NCBI GenBank assembly: GCA_964019335.1
Contig: OZ025724.1
Span: 397,001 to 461,000, forward strand
Source of the DNA: Diplonema japonicum
Taxonomy: Eukaryota; Protista; Euglenozoa: Diplonemea
DNA: 64,000 nt
Reading direction: 5' to 3'
Shown in pieces: positions 1 to 12,289 of the stretch (position 1 is its first letter; each line of letters starts with the position of its first letter). The notes below the pieces were generated by a model. The model was not told the DNA's origin. It ran no database searches and saw only the letters and a list, made by a program, of their open reading frames with translations. Both the position numbers and the translations under genes were made by a program.

Positions 1-42
1 GAGAGAGAGGGAGAAAAGGAAAAGAGGGAAAAAAATATCAGT

Positions 43-480
43 CTAGTTCTTCACAAGCTCAACACCACCGAAGATGGTCATCAGAAGCCCGGCCACAAAG
101 GAGAAGGCCCTGTAGGGCTGCACGCCGAGGATGTAGGAGAAGGCTTGGATGTAGCGTGCGATGACGAAAGCCCAGATGAGTTTGATGTGCTGCTCGGTGG
201 TGTTCTTCGTGAGGCCGATCATAAGGTAGATGGCAAAGAAGATGGACTCGTTCTCGAGGGAGTTGGACACCACCCCGTGCAGGCGGCCGATGTCGATGGG
301 AGGCCCGTAGGCACCCAGGGTGACCTTGAACATGGTCCCGATGAGAGGGTGCATGGTGGTGTCCTCACCCACTTTGTACGAGCTCGTGATAAGCCTCGTC
401 CTCACAGTCAGAAGGTGAGTCACGCACATCTTGAGCCCGAGGAGCCCAGTCGCCTTACCAAGGGTGTTCATGTAGTCAGA

Positions 481-483
<3 letters not shown>
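43..483 (-). CDS. MAPEG family membrane protein (microsomal GST / prostaglandin E synthase-like)
   Basis: 146 aa with about 4 hydrophobic segments; motifs 'SNSLENESIF' and 'FVIARYIQAFSY..GVQPYR'; ATG directly preceded by a poly(A) run. Confidence 0.8.
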
Positions 484-515
<32 letters not shown>

Positions 516-1183
516 TGTGTGTTATGTGCTGTCATTTTTTTTTTTACATCAAACTCATGGCTTACAACAAAAAAAGAAAAAAAAAAAAAGAGGGGGAGGG
601 GATGAGTGGGGAACACCCCGTTGCAACATGCATGTCAATGCACGAGAAAAAAAAAGAAGAAAAAAAGAAGAAAGAAAAGAGGGGGAACATCAACGTATGA
701 ACCCTGTGTAAGGTAACCAGTGTCGGTGTGGGTTTGTGGTCGTAGTACTTACTTAGCACCACGGGTTACATGAGACCTCAGGAAACGGGGCTTTATCTTC
801 TTAAAAGAGGAAGAAGAACAAGCATCTCTGGACGTTCACTCACGCACGGTGCCCTCTCATGTTCTCATTCCTCACCTTCTCCTTGTTAGCAGACACCATT
901 GCCTTGAAGACCACCGTTGTAAAGGATCGATGTCCGGCATGTTGTGTTGCCTGAGGAACAGGTGGGCTGTGCAGGGTAGAGCTTAGCAATAACCCACCAT
1001 AAAGAAAGCGAGTGAGAGTGAGGGAGAAATAAAAGAGAAAAGAAGAAGAAGAGTATTCATAAAAAAAGGGGGGACGCGAAGAGGGGTGTGATCACAAAAA
1101 AAAGGGGGGGGGGGAAGAAGAAGAAAAAGGTGTCTTTGAAGGGAACCTGCAGTATGTGACAGGATCGCCTAACGACAATCAAC

Positions 1184-2839
1184 TCATCTAGTGTTTGATC
1201 CCTTCTGTCGTGGTAGTGCCTTAGGCCCGTCGTAGTATCTCATCAGCAGCTTGGGCGTGAAACCGACTAGCGAGTTGTTGAGGATGCAATGCGTTCGCAG
1301 TTGCTCCTCTAGGATCGGGTGGGTTGCCTTCGGGGACGCGAAGACCGGACGAGTGGAGTATCCAATGATGGAATGGCTGTGGAGCCCCAGGGTACGCAGT
1401 GAGTGTACTGACTTCTTAGTTTCTGCTGGAATCAGGTGATTCCCCGTTCCTGTTCTGTGTGCCCTGTCCAGGACGTTGAGGATTCTTCCGATTTTCCTAG
1501 CCCAGCATGCCAGGTCTTCACCACCCATGTGGATTCTCTCCGTTGCTATGAAGTCGACAGCAAGCTCCGCCTTGGACACTTGCCCTCCATCCTTGCCCCA
1601 TTTCAGGGCACTCAGCCATTTGAGGACAAACGGGATCAGCCCCGGGAAGTACTTCTTCCCCAGCCCGTGCTTGTGATACCAAATGAGGGGTTTCGGTTCT
1701 AATAGGTTTCCCGGTTGGAATGGTCTTTTCCAGAAGTGCAGATTGTCGTATCTGACCTGCTTCTCGGTGTGCAGGCTCTCGAGTTTCCCCGCAATTTCCG
1801 CAAACATCAGGTGTAGTTCCTTGACACTTGTCAGGCTTATGTCCATATCAGAGGTAATAATGCCGTGTAGTCGGGCGCAGCTTGGCCAGCTGACGTGGTC
1901 TTGCACCAGCCGAATGCGGTCAGTGTTGGTCGTTCTGCAGTCGGCGTGCGCTGGGCATTGCCAGATCGTATGTTGTAGTAGGGAGCTGGTCCCGTTCCCA
2001 ATGTTATATGGTGTGCCACACCCCAGGCATTTCGTATGTGAGCCGTTCATGTCGCCGTAAGCTCTGGGGTGTAGGGGAAGCATCGCGCCCGCAATGGCAC
2101 AAAGTATCCTCCTTGCTTTCTGTGGGTTGGTGGTCGTCACCTCGTTGTGGAGGAAGTTCGTTTTCTCCTCGTCAATGCCTGTTTCGACCCCCTGGTAGGT
2201 GTCTCGCTCTTCGGCCAGATCCTCACGTAGTTTGGCTTTCAGCAGCGTCCTGATCTCGTGTTTCAGGAGCTGTTTGCCTTGCGGTAGTATCTTCGTCTGG
2301 AAGTCCTTCCACCTTGACCCTATTTCTCGGAGCCATAGGTCTGCATTGGCAAATGGTCCCATCGGAAATGATGGAGAGCCTTGATCCCTTGCTCTCCTGT
2401 ACGCTTCCCAGCATGATATGAAAAGGGACTTGTTCGAATGTCGTGTGCAAAGTCGTCCCAGAGTAGAGATGGCCTTGTAGATCGCAGTAGAGTACGGGTC
2501 CAGGGTGTGTCCCTTATGGGCAATTCCCAGCAGGGCGCTGGAGGAGCGCATTGGGTTGCGGGCACCCCAGACGCAAAGAGTGATCCGCTTCTTCAATTTC
2601 TCCAGCCAAGAGTCCGGGATCGGGTCGAACAGGATGCCGTAGAAGGCGGATGGCAGGATGTTCTCTGCGATGATCCGTACCTTGCGATCGTGGTATAGCC
2701 TAGTTGAGGCGAGGCGTTCTATTTCGGCCAGGGCTTTGTGGACCCTCGAGTTATCCCTCCTGCTCGGCTGGAAGTAGATTTGTACCCCTAAGATTTGCAG
2801 ACTACTGGTCGTGGCAAAGGTCTCTCCGTTCAACTTCAC
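1184..2839 (-). mobile_element. 5'-truncated non-LTR retrotransposon (RT thumb and C-terminal CCHC zinc finger)
   Basis: ORF starts at the RT C-terminal motif 'LQILGVQI', then 'ILPSAFYG' and 'CLGCG...LLQHTIWQCP' (CX2C..HX4C); RT core absent; no TSD found. Confidence 0.75.
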
Positions 2840-3371
2840 ATTCCCCCGGAAAAAGAAGATATTTCATGTGACTCTTCGCCCACACATATGAAACCGTCCC
2901 GTCACGCCAGCTTCTCGTCGCACCTTCGGGTGCACCCTCGCTTCGTCCGGACGGCTACATTTTTACTCACAAAAAAGAACGGTGAAAAGAAAGAATAATA
3001 GCGCCCCATAGCCCCATATCTCTAAACCCTGTTTGGTCAATCCTGAACTTGCTCTGAGGGGAGGGGGCATCAGAGGGAATTTCAAGGAAACCTTTCTCAA
3101 GAATTATAGCGTTCAAGAACCAACCCTTCTGAGAGAGTTTTGTAAATGATTTTCGGGGGAGGGGGACTTATTTGTGGTCAGCACAATTCTTCTGCATCCT
3201 CCTAACGGAAGGGCACACGGGTTTTAGAGATATGGGGCGTAATAAGAAAGAGAAGGGGGGAAAAAAAGGGCGGGGAAGTAAGTGGTTTTCGTCTGGCAAT
3301 TCCTGTAAAGGCTTTGCGTAAAAAAGAGAGGGGAGGGAAATGAAGGGAAAATGCAATTTTTTTTTTTTTTC

Positions 3372-5764
3372 TTATTCTTTTTTACCAGTCAGGATTCGCA
3401 TGCTCTTCCCCTTGATGAGCACTGTACGCGTTGCCTGTCGTAGCCGTTCTTGCGCCCCCGACCCACCCGGACATGGCTCTTCTCCGATGAGGGTGACCAC
3501 TCTGTTATTCTCTTGGCATGCCTGGTTACGGAGAGTGAGTGAGAGCTTCCTGGTGGAAGGTTTCCGCGCGTCGAGTGTGGGCAGCTCGAGCCGACCAGCA
3601 CCATTTGTGGGGGAGAATACGGCACCGGAAGAGGTCACACGGCTAACTATACCCGGAACGTCCGGGGGTTCATCATCGATCACAAAGCTTTTTCGAGACT
3701 GGCTACGGGCAGACTTCGGCGAGGCATAAGAACCTCCTGAGAACGTTGACTGGTGTAGCTGTAGCTGCTGCTGCGACTTTGGGCTGGCGTTCTCGCCCAA
3801 GTCGTCCAAGGAAAAGGTAGCTTCGTTAACAAGATGCGACACCGACGGCGCCGGCGCCATCTTCGGAGACAACGGTTCGAAGGTCGCTACGGAACCCGTC
3901 AGCTTCACCACGTCCATGTGTGCCATCCTCCGGTCAAGTTCTTCGTTGATCGCATTTTCGAAATTCGAATTTGGGTACATCTCAAAGATGTTCAAGAAGT
4001 CCTCTTTTGTGAGCATGAACAGGTCGCACACTGTAACCGTCCGTACCGCGGCGGTACGCTTTGTCTCCCTTAGAATCGCGATTTCTCCAAACCAGGACCC
4101 GTCTTGCAGGATCACGACTTGCTTCTCCACTCCGTCCACTGGAACTAGCACCTCTACAGCACCGGAGGCAATGAAAAACATCTCCTTCCCTGTCTCTCCG
4201 ATTTCAATAACATGCATGTTCGGCTCCAACACGATCCGCATCAGCTTCTCTGCAAGCTTCGCCAGAATATACCCCTCTGCCGCTTGGAACATCGGTACTT
4301 GTCTCAAAAGCTTCAATCTTATCTGGATCCCGATCTTATTCTGCATGTAAGGCGGGAACAGCTCCAAGATCTCTGCGTAGTTAGACGTCGCTCCCTCACC
4401 GAAGATGAACGGGTAGATGCAGAAGGCTTCCTTTTGAACGGAAAGGGGGACCTCGTACCGCTTCATGAGCGACAGAAGCATGGATTTGATGTGCTTTTCC
4501 TTCTGCTCGACATGGTCGAGGGCCATGAAGTACACCGAGATGTTACCCAGGAACCACCCGAAGAACCCACTCCCAATCAGCATCAGGACGATCGAGAAAG
4601 ACTTCATTCGCGTGGAGTCGGAAATCACATCACCATACCCCACAGAGGTGGTGGTCTGGACCGCCCAGTACAGGGACTCGATGTAGTCGCCCATGTTGTG
4701 GTTCCGCTCGGCTGTCATCATATGGATGCAGGCTATGGTGTGGTGCATGCAGACTATCCAGACAACGCAGAACAGCGGGACGTGTCTTCGGTCGTACAAC
4801 GGGTTCGACGTCCTGAAGAGCGAAATACTGCGGATCATCTTCAGTGTCCTGACCAACCCGGTGATCCGGAACACGTTCACTGAGACGCCCAGCATCAGCA
4901 GGTCATACGGGATGGCCACGAAGACGTCGAATGCGAACCAGCTCTTTACGTACAACCGTTGCACTGCTGCCTTATCGTCGTCGATCAGCTGCCATCCTAT
5001 GAGTCTTGCTGTGATCAGCGTGGCATGGATCAGGACTAAATACATCAGTGTACTGGCGCTCAAAATGGCAAGCTCCACACCCGAAGGAGTTCGGTCTATC
5101 TGGTACGTGCAGACGAAGTAGGTGGTCACAGTGTACTCCACGACAGCGAAGAGGAGCCCTGCGATCTCGACACCTGTGATGTACCGGCACTCGGGGAGCA
5201 TTAATTGTGGCTCAACCTCCACTTCGTCATGCGTGGTGAGCTCGGATGAGCCTGACGTTTCGCCTATCGACCGCGCATCGGTGTCGTCGTTGTTCTGTTC
5301 CGTTTGTTGGTCGCGTTCCAACCGGTAGTTTCGGATTGATTCGTGCCGTGGAACGGGAAACGTGTCTGGTGTGCTGAGCTGTGCTGTGAGATCGCTGTTG
5401 ACTACGCTGCTTCCAAGGTCTTCGTAGTCGGCTGAGCAGAGGGACTCTCCTCTTTCAACTGACCCCCCCACAGACGGTGGGTGTGCTGAAGGTGGCGCCT
5501 TCGGTGCCATGGTTGCGAAGATGCTCCCGCGCTGTGAGCCGGATGCCTTGGAGCGCATGTCTTTGATCCCGCCTGTCTTCCACAAGGTCTTGCCCCATGT
5601 CGTCGTCTTTGAGGGGGTCACGGCCTTCGGGCCGTCTACCCGTTCGAGCAGCACTTCCAACGCATCCTCGATCTTGTTAAACTTTGCTGCCGTCCATTTC
5701 TTCACCTCGCTCAGCGTTGTCTGCCGCAGGTCGGGCTGCGACTCGTGTCGCAAGGCTTCTTGCT

Positions 5765-5809
<45 letters not shown>

Positions 5810-7433
5810 TATATACTGTAAAACAAAAATCACCGGAAGATAAAATGTCCGGAAGCTCTGGCGGTCCGGATATTTTTTCTTCCGGACATTTTTTTCCTGG
5901 GACCCCCCTTTTTTTTTTAAAGGGCTGGACCCGAAAACAGATGAAACTAGTGTCTGTAGCAAGAGAAAATCAAACGAAAATCAGAGAATTGAATTACGTA
6001 CTTTTCCAGATCCTGATTGTTTGCTTCTACCACAAGCTTGTTGAACCGAACCACTGTGCTTGCTTTAGGGTTGTTCTTATGCTTTGCGGGTTTGCGTCAT
6101 GGAGCCAATGTCCAGTATATCAGACTGGAAGCACCGCTTTGGTAGCTCCAAGGTCGATCCCCCTGCCGCACCCGTTACTGCGGGTCGCAAGCCTCTTCTG
6201 AACTAGGAAGAAACAACAAAGCTCTTTGTTTGGATCAGGTGCAGAACGGAAGGGGGTGCCGGTAGCAGCGTCGGGCATCTGCCTGTATGCAGAGGGCCAA
6301 CCAGCTGTGCTCCAAGCATGGCATCACAAGCCGCCGCCCAACAATAGGCGAGTCTAGCAGCCCCAAAGACACCCAACCAGCGAGGAGGTTCACAGGGATC
6401 AGGCCGGTTGACCTGGAACATGGACCAGCTGCTGCCACTGGGAAGAAGACGAAAAGGGGTCCCAAGGTTGTCAAGGTTAGGGATTTGGGACAAGCGTGCC
6501 GTCACCGGACAGTTTTGCGTTTCCCTGTCTGGTGGCAAACTGCACCCGCAGTTAATTTACACGGGAAAAACAGAACCAGCTCGCGGCAGGAAATACCCCG
6601 GGTCCGTCCCTCGTGTTGCACACCCCCCAAAAGGCTGGAGTTTAACAGCTTCGAAATCTCACTGGGCCACCCAGGAAACGCTTCGGCTCTGGGTAAAAGA
6701 TTTGTTTCTCCCCTTTGCTACAACCTCATCGAGTCATCGGGCTGAGCACCCACCGAGCCCATCCTACTCATCATTGATGACTACAATGTCCACACTACGC
6801 AGGCTTTTGTGAACCTGTTTTCAGAAACAAACGTTCACTTAGCGTTTGTCCCCCAGACCTCACCTATTTGTGCCAGCCCAAGACTTGCTGAGGCCGAGGC
6901 CAGGCGCACTGCCAAGACTGCGAAGGCAGCTGAAATGATTGTAAGTTAAGCAGCAAACAAGACGGCCAGACGTGCGGACAGGTAGCCCTTTCCTCGCCCC
7001 TTTTTTTAGTTTTATTGGTCGGGAAAAGTACTCTCCAACCTGCTGGGACGCAGCCATTGAAGGGTGCCTCTCACCTGAAGATATTCCCACTTGCAATATC
7101 ATTTCAGTCACCTGAAGAGGTCAGCATCTGGAGGAGTCGCGAGATATATCCTTCCCCTTTTTCGCTTTCGTCGGATTTGAATTTTATTTTTGCCGTTCTT
7201 AAGACTCCTGCAACAGAAATATAAGTTTTCCAGACACAGGGTACAGTCGTAGGACAGGCTAGGTACCCCCTTAGAAAAGTGCCCAAAAAAAAATGTCCGG
7301 AAGAAAAAATCACCGGATGTTTCGGCGGTCCGGATATTTTATCTTCCGGTGGATTTTTGTTTTACAGTATTTTATATTTTGCCCCCAATACCAGGATTAC
7401 CGGCTCTTCTGGCGTCCCAACACCATCAGACAT
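3372..7433 (-). CDS. Cyclic nucleotide-gated / HCN-like K+ channel; predicted join(7401..7433, 3372..5762)
   Basis: TM segments, S4 'RITGLVRTLKMIR', filter 'TTTSVGYGD', CNBD 'GSWFGEIAIL..RTAAV'. The long ORF has no ATG start and runs into a CAG acceptor (5765-5763). Exon 1 ATG at 7433 (MSDGVGTPEEP) with GT donor at 7400 joins in phase 0; an alternative in-phase donor lies at 7391. Confidence 0.85.
5816..7367 (+). mobile_element. Degenerate pogo/Tc2-like (Tc1-mariner superfamily) DNA transposon in intron 1 of the channel gene
   Basis: TA flanks at 5814-15 and 7368-69; long TIRs CTGTAAAACAAAAATC(C)ACCGGAAGATAAAAT; frameshifted DDE_1-type remnants 'WNMDQ', 'KLHPQLIYTGK', 'SKSHWATQETLRLWV'. Confidence 0.85.
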
Positions 7434-7591
7434 CGGAAGATATCGTGCCCCCCCCCCCCCCCCCCTCTTAGGTAAGAAAGTGTGAGAAAAGCTAAATATG
7501 AACGGGGGGGGGAGAAAAATAAAAGCAGTTTTTTTTCTTCCTCCCCCTAATTGTACCCAACCCTTTTTTTTTTGATTTTTCTTTTCTTTCA

Positions 7592-8071
7592 TCACTCTGC
7601 CACGCTTACTGTCACAGCCTGGCCAGCCACGCGTTTGTTCTGCAGCGTCTTAATTGCAACGCCTACTGAGGGGAGGAAATTGTATGTCAGCAAGGCACAC
7701 GTTTCGAACAGCCTGATGTCAGCTATTGGTCCAGGAGCTGAGAAGACTTGCCTGATGTCCCCGGTCCCCGTGCCAGGAGCCAAGCCCCCGATTAGGATAG
7801 TTTTTGAAAAATGGCGTTTTACCTTCTTGGCGCCTGGTGCATCTCCCAGCCCCATCCATGAGAAGGCTTCCTCACCTCCGCACGAAATATCACTGTCTGA
7901 ATCGTGCCTTGTGCGCTTTTGGTCAATCTCTATGCTGTCAGACCTCCTCCTCTTTCTCTTCTTCTCTTTCTTCTTCTTTTTCACTTTTTTCTCCAACCCT
8001 TTCAGCTCATCCAGCAGCCTCTCGCGTTCTATCTTCAACAACTCCTCTTGTGCATGGTCCCTGGTACTCAT
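7592..8071 (-). CDS. Small RRM-domain protein with Lys/Arg-rich N-terminus
   Basis: ATG at 8071 (MSTRDHAQ); C-terminal RRM-like 'TILIGGLAP..DIRQVFS..GPIADIRL..AIKTLQNKRVAGQAVTV'. Confidence 0.75.
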   Translation of the reverse strand: MSTRDHAQEELLKIERERLLDELKGLEKKVKKKKKEKKRKRRRSDSIEIDQKRTRHDSDSDISCGGEEAFSWMGLGDAPGAKKVKRHFSKTILIGGLAPGTGTGDIRQVFSAPGPIADIRLFETCALLTYNFLPSVGVAIKTLQNKRVAGQAVTVSVAE

Positions 8072-8627
8072 CGTCCCATATCTTTTTTTTTTCTTCTTCT
8101 TTTTTTTTACCTTTCTATTTTCGCTGGAGACGCAGAGAGAGAAGAAAAACAAAAAAGCCAAGAAGAAAATAAAAAACAAAAGGAGATACAGGATGTCTAA
8201 AAAAAAAGGGAGGGGGGGATTTCATTTTGCGTGTATAAACGAAAAAATGTTAACAAGGCTTGCTTTTGAGGTTAAAGGGTGTGAGCGCAAATTAAAAAAA
8301 AAGAAAGAAAGAAAGAAAAAGAGGGGAAAAAAAAAGGGGGGGGGATGGGGATGGTAAAGAAACCAGTGCGGGAAAAAGAAATACAAGAGACAATAAAGGA
8401 GCCCAGTGTTTAGTGGCGGCCTGCACAAGCACTGTCTACTTGACTACAGGATGTACTTCCTTATATCTTCGTGTTACTCCCACAACTTTAAAAGAAAAGA
8501 CCCATCGCATGGCTCGGGAGCTCCCCCCCCCCCCCCCCCCCCCCCGAGGTTGCCTTGAACACTATAGTATGAGGGGAAAGATTTATTTGCAAGAAAAAAC
8601 TACATTCAAAAGGAAAAAAAAGCCGCC

Positions 8628-10541
8628 TTATTCACCGCACTCAGGGAAAGAAGTGCACCCGGGAACCCATTTAGGCTCAGTCGACTGCACTGCGCCAATG
8701 TCGGGCTTACCCTCAGTGTAAGGAGGGTGAACAGCACCCGACCCACGTAGAGGTGAGGAAGCTGTAGGGGTAAAATCGTAACCAGCAGGGTCAGTCAGAG
8801 CGAAAGTAGCCTCCGGTTCGGTGTAAAGCCCTGCTGTGTAAGCTGCAGACTGGTTAAGGGGCGTGAAGTGCGTGGCGATAACGGTAGCTGCAATATTAAA
8901 AAACTGCGAGTGCTTGTTCATAGGTTTACACTGCGACCCTTTACACGAAGGGGGCGGGGGGCCGGGCGCAGTAAAAACAACAAGGTCTCCCTGTGCAGGG
9001 AGCCCCACGTCTGTGACGTTGAACACAGTGATGTCGTACACCACGTTGTAGTCGCCCTTCATGACAAGGCCTGCTGCGGCAGACCCGCAGGTAGTGTCCC
9101 TCAAAGGGTACCCGCAGTTCCATGCCACGTTGTGGTGCATAGTCATGTTGACGGTGGCATCGTCGCCCCTGATGCACTTCTCTCTGCAGTCGTGCACCCA
9201 GTTGTGGTGGAACTCCTTCGTGCAGTTGCTCAGCGATGTGTTGTACATGCAAGGGGTTGGCTTGTTGTCAGCGTGGATCCCAGCATGGTCGCATCCTATG
9301 AGCCCCCCGCTGTGCACGTGGTTGTAGGACACCTCAATGCTTAGCTGCGAGGTGACGATGCCCGAGTTCCCGAACTGCTTCACCGTGTTCCTCGTGATCA
9401 CGTTGTCTTCGCCCTGCACCTTACCCAGCGCGCCCCCGCAAACGCCGCCTGTGCAGTCTAGCTTCCCGAACCCCACCAAGACAGGGGGGTAGTCCAGCGA
9501 CCCCACCCAGTCCACGTTCATGATCAGCGAATCCTGCAGCGTGTTCCTGCTTCCTATCATTTGGACTCCCGCAACGTTCGTGTTCTTGATACTGACACGC
9601 TGCAGCACGGAGTTGTTCCCCTCCACAAGCGTCACGTTTGGTGTCGGCCCCGCAGGCACCATTCTGTTCCGAAGCTGCCTTGCATACGTCGGGTACGTGA
9701 TGTTGACATCATGCACGTCGGCCCCGTCCACACCGTGCAGTGTGAAGGTGCACGACTTGAAGGCCATGTTGCTGATGGTCATCGGGTGTGCAGGGTCCGC
9801 CTGCATGCCTGTGAGACAAATGTCCTTCGTACGGTAAGACACACGACTCCCGGGAGGTGACGAGTCGGGGGACCACATGTAAAGCTTCTTTGTGCCAGGC
9901 TCAAAATACCACTCCCCTGGGGAGTCCAGCGCATCGAGGATACCGAACAAGTAGTACGGGGAACCCACGTACTTGAAGAGGGGACGGGGCTTCTCACCCG
10001 GAAGGGGGGTGTCGTAGTTGAAGGAAGTGCCTGTGAAGTTGACGACTGTCCGTGTGTAGGAGAGCACACGGTCGTCCGAGTTCAACACTGCGATGGCACC
10101 CGTCCAGTTAATGTTGGTCTGCTGCATTGCAGGGTCGAACACGTACCCATAGGAGGTGGTGTTCTTCGCTGTTGCCCACGTCTTGACGTCGAGCATCTCG
10201 GTGTACTTTGCGTTGGGCCATCTGGCTTCGGGTACGTGCGTGCCTTCGAAGAAGATCTGCTCGATTTGCTCCATCTCTGTCTCCACTGTTGTGACATAGA
10301 TATCCCTCTTCCACACAGACCAGGGCCCCGTGACAGGGAGCGACCCATCAAGCACAGTGCCTTCTTCTCCTTCAAGTCGGATACCTTTCGTCATCATAAC
10401 GTTCTCTCTGTACACCCCCGAAGGTACTTTGCAGGTGTCGTCGTGTCCAGAAGCATCGATGCAGTCTTGTATGCTCCCGTGGCGTTCGACAGTTCGCGTT
10501 ACCGATATTGCTAAATGTATGAAATAGAGGCCCGCAAGCAT
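8628..10541 (-). CDS. Secreted right-handed beta-helix (pectin-lyase fold) protein, putative glycan-active enzyme
   Basis: Signal peptide; 'SIQDCIDA...GVYRE', 'PEARWPN', 'LDALDSPGEWYF', repeated HHNW/HHNV beta-helix turns, C-terminal 'PDIGA'. Confidence 0.75.
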   Translation of the reverse strand: MLAGLYFIHLAISVTRTVERHGSIQDCIDASGHDDTCKVPSGVYRENVMMTKGIRLEGEEGTVLDGSLPVTGPWSVWKRDIYVTTVETEMEQIEQIFFEGTHVPEARWPNAKYTEMLDVKTWATAKNTTSYGYVFDPAMQQTNINWTGAIAVLNSDDRVLSYTRTVVNFTGTSFNYDTPLPGEKPRPLFKYVGSPYYLFGILDALDSPGEWYFEPGTKKLYMWSPDSSPPGSRVSYRTKDICLTGMQADPAHPMTISNMAFKSCTFTLHGVDGADVHDVNITYPTYARQLRNRMVPAGPTPNVTLVEGNNSVLQRVSIKNTNVAGVQMIGSRNTLQDSLIMNVDWVGSLDYPPVLVGFGKLDCTGGVCGGALGKVQGEDNVITRNTVKQFGNSGIVTSQLSIEVSYNHVHSGGLIGCDHAGIHADNKPTPCMYNTSLSNCTKEFHHNWVHDCREKCIRGDDATVNMTMHHNVAWNCGYPLRDTTCGSAAAGLVMKGDYNVVYDITVFNVTDVGLPAQGDLVVFTAPGPPPPSCKGSQCKPMNKHSQFFNIAATVIATHFTPLNQSAAYTAGLYTEPEATFALTDPAGYDFTPTASSPLRGSGAVHPPYTEGKPDIGAVQSTEPKWVPGCTSFPECGE

Positions 10542-11098
10542 TTTTTTTTTTTTTTTTTTTTTTTGCTATATTTTATTTCGTGCATTGTACGGAGGACAAC
10601 AGAGGAAAAAAGAGAAAAAAAATGAGTTAGGTTGTATGCTCGAGGTGTTTTAATTTTAGAAAATAAAAAAGCCGACGGTGACCCTTTTTTTTTTTTTTTT
10701 TTTTTTTTTTTGCCTAAAAAACCCCGTCCTTTAATGGTTAAGAGCGTAAGTTATTAAAGAAGAAGGAAAAGAAGAAGAAGAAAGACTAAGACTAGAAAGA
10801 AAAATTAAGAGAAAGAACACAAGGCAATATGAGCTCTCCGTCCGAAAATAGTGCCCACGATTGGCCCTGCCTGCGAAGAAAGACACGAAGAGATGCTGCC
10901 ACCTTCTACTCCCATATTTTCTTTTCCAGCCTTATGCGGGGGATATATTCCGGGGGATTCCCTTTTCTTTTTTTTTTTTTTTGCAGTAAATAAAATATGA
11001 TCGGCAAGTGTTCAGAGGTCCTATCATAGTCTCTTCTTTTAGCGAGATATCTCCCTTCTTACCGTACATCTTTAAGTCCTATGAATTGACAAAGATAT

Positions 11099-11860
11099 TC
11101 ACAATAATACATGAGCCTCGCAGTGTTGATCAGGACTGTCGACAAGGATGTGGTGCACAATGGTGGAGCTGAGCTGGGCTTGACGGGTGAAGGACTCCTT
11201 TTTGTCTGTCTCCTCACTCATCAATGTAACCACCGTCGGCAGCAGTTCTTTTCTTTTCAGGGATCGCAGTGGAACGCAGGAAGGAACACAGGAGGGATGT
11301 TGTGGAATTCCTCAGACTACGCAGATATCAACAGGAAGAGCAACCAGCACGGCAGGAGCGACCAACAAAACCAACAGAGTTCCTGGGTCCCCCCTTTTGT
11401 ACCTTTTTACCTTTGCTTTTGCACCGGCGTCGGTCGAAGTGTTGGCTGGGGTGTTGGTGTTCCAGGGTCGAGTGTCGCGGGTGCAGGTGTGTCAGGAGAC
11501 AATGGCTCAGGAGTCGGTCGGAGAGTTGGCTGGGGTGTTGGTGTTGCAGGGTCGGATGACCAAGGGGCAAATGTAAAGGGTGCCCCTGAATCAGATGTAG
11601 GTGTATCAGGCGGAAACGTTTCGGGAGCTTCGGTGCGCACAGTAGGTGTTCTTGGTGCAAATGATTTGCCGGGCGCTTTGTTTTGGCGTGGGCGTGGGCG
11701 GAGTGGGTGTCCAAGGTGCTGATGTCGGGGGTTCCGGTGTTGGGGATGCTGGCGCGTCAGATGTTGTAATCGCAGGTTCGAGTATGTCCGGCTCTGATGT
11801 GTGCATGCCACAAGTGCCCCTCATACAAGCCAGTAACACTAGAACTATACATGCATGCAT
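11099..11860 (-). pseudogene. Disrupted mucin-like (Pro/Thr-rich) type I membrane protein
   Basis: Signal peptide (ATG 11860), PT-rich stalk and a hydrophobic TM-like segment fall in different frames, with an in-frame TGA after the TM segment; could also reflect sequencing errors. Confidence 0.5.
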
Positions 11861-12289
11861 GTGACCCCCCTAACTGTGGTTGCGATAGGAAGAAAACAAA
11901 AAGAGGAAGGTGTAAAGTAGGAATTGTTGCTTACAGAATTCGGGTTAACTCTTTGCAGCACCTACCCAATGCTTTGTTAACTGTGGACTCAGCAGGACTA
12001 CGCGGAACAGCAACCTTGTGGCCGGCCCTTGCTAGGGTGCATTTCTTTGACAGCAAAAGCAAGATGTCCTCTGCGACCCAATGAGTCCAGGGTGTCCTCA
12101 AGTGCCTCCTCTTACTTAGATGGCGCAGGACCGGGAACCTTACCCCGAGCTACGCCGATCACATTTCTCTTATTCTATGACGGCATGTGGTTTCCAAAAA
12201 GGAGAAAAGAAGGGGGGGAGAGAGAACAACAAACAAGGTACAAAGAGAACGAGGAAGAAGAAAAATACAAAAACAAAAAGATCGATATC

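Noticed and set aside
837-955. Possible terminal exon (ATQHAGHRSF...) of the channel gene beyond the LINE
   Set aside because: An acceptor and short frame exist, but I could not establish a consistent splice path
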